IMG/VR virus record: IMGVR_UViG_3300026521_000088 | Location: 1 to 32,550 of that record | Reading direction: 5' to 3' (one strand) | DNA: 32,550 bases | Origin: a virus | Lineage: Duplodnaviria > Heunggongvirae > Uroviricota > Caudoviricetes | Shown here: in pieces, positions 8,266 through 18,100 of the stretch | Position numbering within the stretch: position 1 is the first letter of the stretch | Layout: each line of letters starts with the position of its first letter | Notes under the pieces: generated by a model | What the model was told of the DNA's origin: nothing | What the model saw: the letters and a program-made list of their open reading frames with translations, nothing else | The model's database searches: none | Position numbers and translations under genes: made by a program

Positions 8266-11200
8266 TTAACAGTTTTCTAATAATGTTTGTAATAAATCAT
8301 TATTTTTTATTTTATTAGTACCAACTAAATCTTTTAGTATATCTTGTATAGCTTTTTTAGGAGCTGGTTGTAACTTATTATAAGTATCTATTATACTATC
8401 TAAATCTTTATTTTTACTAGATTTTATGTTTTTATTTTTTTGTATAAACTCAACCATTTCCTTAATTCTCTTAGAAACACTCCTACCACTAGTAAGTAAT
8501 GCTATATACTCTTTAGCTTTTTTCTTATTTATATTATCAGTAGCTTCTATACTTTTCATAGCATCTAACATACTATTTTTTGGTATTTGTCTAAATGTTA
8601 TACTGTATCTATAATTATTTTTTGCTTTACCAACAGTATGGTATAGTAATCCTGTATTCATTTCAACCAATGAGCCATTAGGGACTGTAATTGTATTACC
8701 ACCTATTTTATGGTCAGTAATAGTATCGCCTATACTTACAATAGCTACAGGACCAACATTACCATTAACATCTAAATAAATACCTTCTGCATCTTGATGA
8801 TTTCCTATACCTACACCTTTACCAAATCTATTAAATAGTACATGATTGTATTTACCAGTTTCAACACCTAATTTACTTTCTACTTTTCTAGCTAATTCAG
8901 ATAACCATTTTGGCATTGGTTTTGGTTTATGTATTAAAGTACTTTTACCCCCATTATACCTATACTCTATAGGACCAAACACTTGTGCTACTTGAGTTTG
9001 TACATTATGTGTATTTGATTTATTATTAGCAGTACTAGTTTTTATTAAATTTTCCATATTATTTATTAATGTTGTACTATATGTATCATTTATAAAATTT
9101 TCATGTATTACTACATCTTTAGGTTTAGATTTAGTCTTAGGTATTTCAATTGTAATAATATTTTCAGATTTTATAGTACTTTCATCAGTACTTTTTAAAT
9201 AATTCTCTACATCTTTGTATGTAGTAAATTCTTTATTTTTAATAATACTAGGTACTAGTAATGCTATAGCTACAGGTAGTTCATCTACTGTATCTTTAAG
9301 TGATTTTGGAAAATCTTCAAATTCAGTACTTAAGTATACATTCTTTTCACCAACTTCTTTACCATTAATCTTAGTAGGTATATTTATATTATATTTAGAA
9401 AATATGTTTAATAACTTAACTTCTAAATTTTCTGATAATTTTTTACCAGACTCTAATACTAAAGATATTGTATTAAATGCAGTTTTATCAGCTCTACTTA
9501 TATCATTAGGTACTAATTTAACTAGTTTAAGTAATGTATTATTATCTTTACTAAATTCTATATCTGTTTTAGCTAACCTTTCTCTGATATTTGTAAGTAT
9601 TTCTGGAAACTTTTTTGACCAATACTCTGGTATCTTATCTCCACTATGTGTCAATACTTTATTACCAGTACTTAATAATAAAGCTTTTGCAGAATTGTTA
9701 TCAGTATAGTACTTTAACATAATCTTTTTTAGTATAGCTTCTGTTTGTTCTTCCCAAGCTTTTTTAAGATTTTTATCTTTACTCTTAATATTTGAACCTA
9801 GAATTTTTGCAGCAAACCCTGATGTATAATTACGCTTAAGTCCAGTATCTTTTGGTTTATTCCATTTAGCACCTTCTTTATTAAGATTAAGTATCTTTTC
9901 TGCTATCTTATGTTCACCAAAGAATTTAGCTTTAATATACTGATATGCTCCTTCTACAGTAGCAAATTCAGTATGTCCTGTAATAAACTCTGTATCTGTA
10001 TTATTTACTGGTATTGTATTAGAATCTAATATAACTGTACCAGTATTAAAGTTTGATAAGCTATCATAACCATTAGCTTCAGTAGAGTGTATATTTATAA
10101 CTTTATTAGTTTTTACTTTATTTATATAGTCCTTAATCTCTTTTAATTTATCTTTACTAGGATTTTCTAATAAATCATTAGTATATTCTAATAATTTACT
10201 CTGTAACCCAATATCCTGTGTATTTGCAAATATCTCATTAAGCACAAGTTGTAGGTTAGCTATTTTATTATTATTATCATAAGGTAGTATTTTCATATAT
10301 GTTAAATTACCAGTTAATAAGTTTAATCTATTAGCTAGATAATTATATAGCTTAGGGGCTTTAGTTTTTAAATTAGATACACCTGTACCTATACCGTTAG
10401 ATGGTAATACTATTGTTTTACCTTCTTTAAGATAATTCTCTACTACAGCTAAATCTGTATCTACTTGTTTTTTAAATTTATCAAAATCTTTAGTTTCATA
10501 AAATCTAGTAGAATCTTTAGTATTAGCATTTTTAACAGTAACTATACCTATAGTATTAGGTAATCCTCTAATTACTGCTTGTGTAATATTTGGGTACCTT
10601 CCTTTAGTTTCATCTTTAATATCTATTAAATTTTGACCAGAAGTTCTTTCTTCATTATCACCAAATAAGTAAATCTTATCCATATCTTTCTCTACATTAG
10701 ATCTATATAATTTTTTTATTAGTTCTACTTTATTATTATACGGTACAAACTTAGAGTTAGATACAGGTTTTTTTGAACTATTTACTTGAGTATTATTTTT
10801 AGTAGTTCTTTCATTGTTATTAACTACACCTTTATTTAGTAATTCTTTATGATTTATGAGATTTCTCAATACTTTAGCGTGAGTTAAATCACTAGTTTTT
10901 TTATAATAAATTATTTGTTTAGGTACAGTATTATTACCTATTACTTTTATATCTAATTTACCATCTAGTATTTGGGAAATTATCCAATCTCTTCTATTAG
11001 GTTGTACATCTAAATCAGATTTTTTAAGTAACCAGTTAGCAAATCTTTTACTCACTTCTTCTTCATTACCTGCTTTAATAATATAACCAGCTTTTGTATA
11101 CTGCTTATCTTTACCTTTTTCATACCCTGTAACTAAGAAAGGATTACCATAATGATGTTGTGCATCTAAACCTTTTACATAATCAGATTTAAATACTCTC

Positions 11201-12147
11201 TTGGAGTATATACCTAAATTACTATTATGTGCTGTAACTGCACCTTTTTCTGTGTTAGTTATAAGAATGCCATTATTACTAATATCAGATAATACATTTT
11301 CAGGAAGTTTATTAGATTCTAATTTATCTCTTACAGGTTTATCTTTATCTTTCTTAAGTACAGCATCTAATTGTTCTTGCCATTTAGGATCAGCCATATT
11401 AATTACTGGTCTACCTTTTTTGCTAGCTAGTATAATAGCTTGTCCAGTACCTCCAGTATTATGTTCATTATTAGTACCACCATAATATACTTGACTATAA
11501 TTAGTTACTGCTTCACCTTTATTATTTAATGGTGTCCAAGCTAGTACAAAATCTACTGGGTTATCTAAGTCTTTACCAAATACTTGGTTAGTATTTCTAG
11601 CCATTAACTTAGCTGGACCATCACCATTTTTAATTAAAGCTTCAAAATTACCGTGAGTTTCTTTAGCTACATTCCATTCAATACTATCTTTTTTAATATC
11701 TTCAGGTCTATATAATTCTCTAGTGCTTCCATCTTCTTTAGTACCATCAATAAATGCTCCATCAGCACCTTCTTTTTTATTTTTAAATGTCAATCCAGTT
11801 CTAAGTGTATATCCTTTAGATTCTAAATATTTAGCAACTTCTGTCATAGTTTCATAAATAGGTTTACCATTACTATCTACAGCTTTAGTACCTCTTCTAC
11901 TTCCAATACCAGCATAAGTCATAGACTTAGAATCTTCTGTATATTCTGGTAATGAATCTAATATAGGTGTAAGTTTTTTATCTACTATTGTATTTTCAAT
12001 TATTCTAATCTCTACTTCAGAACTATAAACTCTACCTAAAGTTATTAAATTATGTATAGGTATAGAGAACTTATTAGAGTTCTTTACACCATATTTATTT
12101 TGTAATTTCTTAATCTCTGATTCTATCTTTTTTGCATCACAATTCAT
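8266..12147 (-). CDS. Polyvalent protein: SLOG (DprA/YspA-like), DUF4326-like, macrodomain-like, NADAR (YbiA) and AlkB-type 2OG-Fe(II) dioxygenase domains
   Basis: SLOG: YAGIGSR...LRTG...GADGAF...ARN..QVFG.DL..PVDFVLAWT...GGTGQAI. DUF4326-like: YGNPF...RRDWI...HAKVL. Macro-like: YLFGDN...QAVIRG.PN.IGI.T...LPSNGIGTG...APKLYNYL. NADAR: LSNF...FATVEGAYQYIK...LLLSTGNKVL. AlkB: EYRYNG...NHVLFNRF...GIGNHQDAE...VSIG...YHTV...RYSITFR. Cys only at 3 and 1293. Confidence 0.85.
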   Translation of the reverse strand: MNCDAKKIESEIKKLQNKYGVKNSNKFSIPIHNLITLGRVYSSEVEIRIIENTIVDKKLTPILDSLPEYTEDSKSMTYAGIGSRRGTKAVDSNGKPIYETMTEVAKYLESKGYTLRTGLTFKNKKEGADGAFIDGTKEDGSTRELYRPEDIKKDSIEWNVAKETHGNFEALIKNGDGPAKLMARNTNQVFGKDLDNPVDFVLAWTPLNNKGEAVTNYSQVYYGGTNNEHNTGGTGQAIILASKKGRPVINMADPKWQEQLDAVLKKDKDKPVRDKLESNKLPENVLSDISNNGILITNTEKGAVTAHNSNLGIYSKRVFKSDYVKGLDAQHHYGNPFLVTGYEKGKDKQYTKAGYIIKAGNEEEVSKRFANWLLKKSDLDVQPNRRDWIISQILDGKLDIKVIGNNTVPKQIIYYKKTSDLTHAKVLRNLINHKELLNKGVVNNNERTTKNNTQVNSSKKPVSNSKFVPYNNKVELIKKLYRSNVEKDMDKIYLFGDNEERTSGQNLIDIKDETKGRYPNITQAVIRGLPNTIGIVTVKNANTKDSTRFYETKDFDKFKKQVDTDLAVVENYLKEGKTIVLPSNGIGTGVSNLKTKAPKLYNYLANRLNLLTGNLTYMKILPYDNNNKIANLQLVLNEIFANTQDIGLQSKLLEYTNDLLENPSKDKLKEIKDYINKVKTNKVINIHSTEANGYDSLSNFNTGTVILDSNTIPVNNTDTEFITGHTEFATVEGAYQYIKAKFFGEHKIAEKILNLNKEGAKWNKPKDTGLKRNYTSGFAAKILGSNIKSKDKNLKKAWEEQTEAILKKIMLKYYTDNNSAKALLLSTGNKVLTHSGDKIPEYWSKKFPEILTNIRERLAKTDIEFSKDNNTLLKLVKLVPNDISRADKTAFNTISLVLESGKKLSENLEVKLLNIFSKYNINIPTKINGKEVGEKNVYLSTEFEDFPKSLKDTVDELPVAIALLVPSIIKNKEFTTYKDVENYLKSTDESTIKSENIITIEIPKTKSKPKDVVIHENFINDTYSTTLINNMENLIKTSTANNKSNTHNVQTQVAQVFGPIEYRYNGGKSTLIHKPKPMPKWLSELARKVESKLGVETGKYNHVLFNRFGKGVGIGNHQDAEGIYLDVNGNVGPVAIVSIGDTITDHKIGGNTITVPNGSLVEMNTGLLYHTVGKAKNNYRYSITFRQIPKNSMLDAMKSIEATDNINKKKAKEYIALLTSGRSVSKRIKEMVEFIQKNKNIKSSKNKDLDSIIDTYNKLQPAPKKAIQDILKDLVGTNKIKNNDLLQTLLENC

Positions 12148-15100
12148 TAACAGTTACCATCCAGTACTTTAGTAAGTATTTTTATTATTTCTATATTATA
12201 CTCTATTTTTTGTTTAGTATCTTTAATACCATTAGTAGATAAGATACTTTTTAAATAGTTTTGTCTTGCTTTCTTAGTTTTTAATGCTTGAAGTTCAGGT
12301 ATATTATTAATACTACTTAATCTACGTTTTATTCGTAATTCACCTTCTTCTATAAATTTATCTATATTATATGTAGCTTTAGACTCTATAGCACTATTCA
12401 TTGCTGGGAATTGGTCAACAACTACATCATGTGAAAACATCTCTTGTCTTTTTATCCATACATCCTCTGCTAGTTGTTCTAACTCTACTACTTGGTCTAA
12501 AAATGGTTTAGTGACATACTCTTCATCACCATTTTCATTAGTTTTTTTAGATTGCTTTTTCTCACTTTCTGTACGCATATCATCTAAGTTAATATAATCT
12601 AAATTCTTAGCTTCTTCATATACAGCTCTAGCACCTTTAGCCATACTATTAATGTTATCGTATGCTTTACTTGTTTCTATAAAATTGGTGTTCATACTTT
12701 TTACAGTATCTAATTGTCCACTAGCTCCTAAAACTAAAGCATCATGTACTGGTATAATACCAGTTTTATCTATATTATCATTAATAGTTTTAGCCATAGT
12801 TACAGCATCTTCTGTATGTGTAGGTATAACACCTGCTGCTGAGTAAGCTTCTGTTATTTTCTTAATAAATATTTTAGTAGATATTGTTCTACTTTCCCCA
12901 CTACTAGTAGTATATCTTAATGCTGGTTTATTATCAGAATATGGTATGTCATCATCTTTAGCTAAACCACTATCAAAAATAAAGATACCATCTTTTAGTC
13001 TATCACTAGAAGCTGGTCCATCAAATATAGGTAAAAATTTAGCTAATTCTTTAGTTAATTCAAGTGTTTCATCTTGAGATAATGTAAGAATTTTTCTTTT
13101 ACCAGTATTATTTTTATTTAATTCTTCTAACTTTTCCTCTACTTTTTTAGTCATAGCTTGTTCAAATATTCTCATCATATATCTTGATGTAACATTTACT
13201 GCATCAGTAACTTTAATCATCTCACCAAATGTAGACTCTACAGCCTTTGATACAGCTTTACCTAATGAGTTTTGAAACATAGTAGTTAATACTGTATCTA
13301 AGTTATTCTTTTTAGTACCTAACATATGCAGTGGTGTATTACCTAAAGCTAATACTAAATCATCAATAGTGTCTATATTTAATGTTTCATTGAGTTGAGC
13401 AACAGGTAATAAATGAGATAATGTTAATGCTGCATTATTTTGTAAATCAATATCTTCAGTATTATGGTAATCTTTTAGTAATTTACTAATAGCTTTATTA
13501 GCAGTTGCTTTACCAATATTCTTAATTACAGTCTTTAATGAACTACCATACTGTGTAGTCATAGTAGGGTTTTTAAGTAAGTCTCTTAGAGCTTTAGTTA
13601 ACCCTTCATCAATATCTGGTAAGAATTGCATAAATAAATCATCTTCTAATACATTACCATCACTATCAAATAGTAAACCTAAAGGATCAATAGAACTTAT
13701 ATCATCATCAGGTGCTTTATTTTCTAATAAAGCATTAACTAGGTCTTCTTTTGAAATTTCAGCAATAATACCTTGTGAGAAGTAAATATCTAGCACTTTA
13801 CCTTCTTCTCCATTTTTTCTAGATTTATTACTCTCACCTAATTGTGTTAACATACCATCTTTAAGCATATCATCATAACTTACACCAGTTTGATATAAGC
13901 CAGAGTTATCAGTATCTTTAAATACAAACCCACCTTTAACTAGTAATTCATAAATATTTTTACTTAGTGGTATTTGTAAAGATTTAATCATAACACCATT
14001 TGTAACACCATCAAATTCAGCAGAAATATGAGCTTCAAAATTATCATTTGGACCAGCATTCTTATAAGCTTCAATAGCTGCTAAAGCTTGCATTGCATGA
14101 CCAAAGTGATCTATATTTTTCTTACCATCTTCACTAATTTCAGTAGCTAGTTTAAATAACTCATCCATATCTTTTGTTAATAAATCTGTTGCAAAATCTA
14201 TAGTATCTTGAGGTATTTCTTTATCAATGTCTAAACCAAAAGCTTGAGCAATACCAAATTTAAAACCTATAGTATCTAAAACATCTTTATCTATAGCTGC
14301 TTTATTTAGTACACTTCTAGATTTAACTGGTACTGTGAGCCATCTATGAGCTTCTTTCTCATTCTGTTGGTCAATAAGTACTGATTTACCATTAAGTCTG
14401 TTATTCTTAGGAGTGAACCATGTAAAATAAAAAGAATTATTTCTAACACCACTAGTTATTTTAGTATCTAGCTTTAGTAATTCATCATAAGCTCTAGTAA
14501 TACCAAGATTTTGTGCTTTAGCTACTGATTTATCATATTCAGATAATGTAACATCATTATCAATATCAACATCATCTCTCCAACCCATAAGTTTTAAAGC
14601 TTGTTCTTTTGGTACTTTTTTTACCCAATCCATAGCTTCTGGTATAAGATAATTCTCTTGTTGATTTAAGTTATTAATAGCATCTGCTACAGTTTGTGTA
14701 GGTATAGTAACACTATTATCTTTAATACCTATTTCTTCTGGTGTCATAGTTCTAGGTTTTTCAAATTGAATACTATGACTATCTTGAGGAATAATTGTAT
14801 CTTCTTCTAATTCATCAATAATATCTATAGTTTCTTTTAATATATCTTTATCTGTATCTTTTTTAAATTTTAAAAAGTTAACTGAAGAATCTTTATTTTT
14901 ATCTGTTATTTCAATATCTAAGTCAGCTTTCTCAGCATACTCTTCCAGAGACATAGCTACATTATCCATATAACGCTCTTCTAACATTGCTACACCTAAT
15001 AGTCCTAATCCAGATTTAAAACGGTTATATGCTGCTATATCACCATCTTTTGGTTTAGCTTGTAGATCTAGTAAATCCATAATTGATGTACCAATATCAT

Positions 15101-18100
15101 TAGCTAAACTAGCTCTAGTTGTTAGGTTCTTAAATGTATTTCTCATCTCATCAGTAATTTCATACTCATTTTTACCTAACATAGAAGCTATCTGCTCATC
15201 TTCTTTATAACTTAATTTACTTAATTGATTTCTTAAAGTAGTGTATGTAGCTACAAATACAGCAGTAGCAACATTCTTATCTATATTACCCTTATCATCA
15301 AGTATAAATGCAGTACCAGGTTGTCTAAAGTCAATATAATTTTTAAGTTTTTTACCATTAACATCAAGCTCAATATCTTTAAAAAATTTAACAGCTTCAT
15401 TTGTTATTTTAGTTAATGTTTTACTTTCTATCATATTAACAGGTACCATACCTAATAATGATGTACCTTTCTTCTTAGTTTGTGCAAAGTCTTCAAATTT
15501 TAAAGGTATACCAGATTCTAATCTAGCTTCTTGTGCTTTTGTATCTATTTTACCACCAGACATAGGTGTATTACCAGCTCTATATTTTTGTCTAAGTAAT
15601 AAATTCTTAGTGTAATTAGGTGTAGATGTTTCAGTTTTAAGTCTTTTAAGTCTTTTAGTCAATACTGCTAATGTTCTTTTATTTCTACTTTGTTTCTTTA
15701 AAGCTTTCTTTCTGCTATCATTAAAATTTTGTAATTCATCATATTGTACTTCAGTATCTTTATTAAATAATTTAATTATTTTTTTAGTAGTTTTAGAGTA
15801 TTCTTTTTCAAAGTTTTCTATATTTTTAGTAGAATTATCTAATTCTTTTTTCTTAGTTTCTAGCAATTTCTCTTTTTCTTTAATTTGTTTATTTAATGTT
15901 ACCATATCTTTAAGAATTTTACCACTACCATTAACTAATTTACCTAGGTAATTCCATAGATTTTTATATACAGTTCTTAATTTTTGTATAGTAGTTTCTC
16001 TAATCTTTAGATTCTTACTATGGTTATTTGTTAATTTATGTACTTCTTTATTAAGATTAAATAACTTATCTTGTAATTGTATACTTTTACCTTCTAAAGT
16101 TTTTAACTCTCTTTCTAATTTAGCTACTTCTTTTTTATCTACTCTTTCCTTAGCTTTAAGCTCTTTAAGTTTATTGTTTAATAATGTTAAATACTCTAAA
16201 TGCTGTTTAGTACTTTCAGTCATAGTTTCTGAAGAATCTAAGATTGTTTTTTCAATAGCTGAAATTTTAGCTTCAGTAACTTTACCATCTACTGTAATAG
16301 TTTTTATAAATTTTTTATTATTAGCTTCAATTTCTTGTTTAAGTTGGTATATTTTGTCTTCTAACTCTTCTACTTCTAGTCTTTTAGTTACTACTTCAAT
16401 ATCACTCTGTGTATTTTCTTCTTTATTACTATTATGTTTTTTATCATATTTTTCTTTCTCTCTATTAATCTCATGAGGTACTGTAACTTCATTATCAATA
16501 TTTAATAAACTATTATACAAATCCAATTCAGTTTTAATAGATTTTGCTAATGCAAATATATCTGTAGTTTTATCCGTACTACCATCAATATTTCTAGGTG
16601 TATTGAATTTTTGATCAACAATAGAATTATAGCTAATAGTTATTTTCTTATTGCCATTACCAGTACCTACTTCTTTGGACTCTAATTTATATATAGAATG
16701 TAGTGCATCTATAAGTTTAGTAGGGTCATTTCTTAGCTCTTCTGCTGTATAGACTACTTCATCTTTACTATCAGATAACATATCTTTTACATCAATACTA
16801 GGTACTGTATAACCATTAGCATATAAATCTTTAATAGTAGCATTTATATCTGAAGACATATTTTTAATAGCTTTAGCAATAGCTACTAATTTAGCTTTTT
16901 TAGTACTTTGTTTAGTTTTAATCTTTTTAACTACTTGTTCTTTAGTTTTAGCTAAAGACTCTATTTTTCTATCAATATCATAAATAGATATTAATTTTTT
17001 AGCTTTTAATCTACTATAATAATTAGCTCTATTAGAACCTGTAAAACCTTTAGATAAGAATGTTTTAATATCAGGTGGTGTAGTTCCATCAGGTATATGT
17101 TGTTTTATATAATTTTCAGTAAATTCTATAGTTTTTTGTTTAAGTTTTTCATAATGTTTTATTGCTAATTCATTATGTTTTATTTTCTTAATTCTTTCAA
17201 CAATACCATCTTTACCATATATATCTTCAGCAATAATTCCTTCTGCTGTAAGTTTAACTTTAGGTTTTTTAGTTTGTTTTTTTGATTTAGTTTTAGTACT
17301 TTTTTTACTATTCCTGTTATCTGTTTTTTGACTAGTATTGCTAGAAGTTTCAGTATTAGGATTTTCAACATAATCATCTACAGTACTATCTATTGTGCTA
17401 TCATAATTCTCAATAGCATTTATATAGGTTTTTATATTATCTAAATCTTGTTTCTCTTCATTAGGTAAACTATCATAATAAGGGACCATATTATCTAATA
17501 AAGCTTTTAACTTTGGTATAGGTAAATTATTTACATGCTCTGGTAATTTATCATGAAGTTCTTGTATTACAGAAGAGTCTGGAGTAGCTCCAAATACTTG
17601 TATTTTCTCAGAATACGTCATATTATTTAATCTATCTAAATCTACATCTGACAATACTTTAGTACTTACATCATTAATTTTAGCTTCAAAATTATTAATA
17701 GCTTGTTCATAATTTTTTACTTTAGCTTTCTCTTCAGTTGTTAGAGTATTATAATCTAGTTTATCTAAAGCTTTTTGTAACCTATCAAGTACAATTTTAC
17801 TAGAACCTAATTTAGTATTTTGCAAAGCTTCTTGTGATACTATGGCATCATCTAAAATACCAATATGTTTATCTAACTGAGAGACTTTACCATCTTTACT
17901 AAGTAATAATGTATCTAATTCATTTAATACTTCTTTATTATCATATTTACCATTACTCATTTTAGCAGATGGTACTTCATTCTCTAGTTCATTATATAAT
18001 GTACTTACTACATCTTCATGGTATTTACCATCTAGTGTATTTTTAATAGTCCTTACTTTAGCACCTTGATTTTGTACTAGTTCTAATAATTCTTCTGATG

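Noticed and set aside
12139-12155. Split-intein (trans-splicing) explanation for the Asn-Cys junction motifs
   Set aside because: No Hint-domain blocks or His-Asn-Cys/Ser/Thr splice motif are visible, and the Cys are at the extreme ends with no extein beyond them.
17180-17377. Alternative-frame minus-strand ORF inside vRNAP
   Set aside because: Short, lies over a low-complexity Lys-rich linker, has no SD, and the main frame is uninterrupted.
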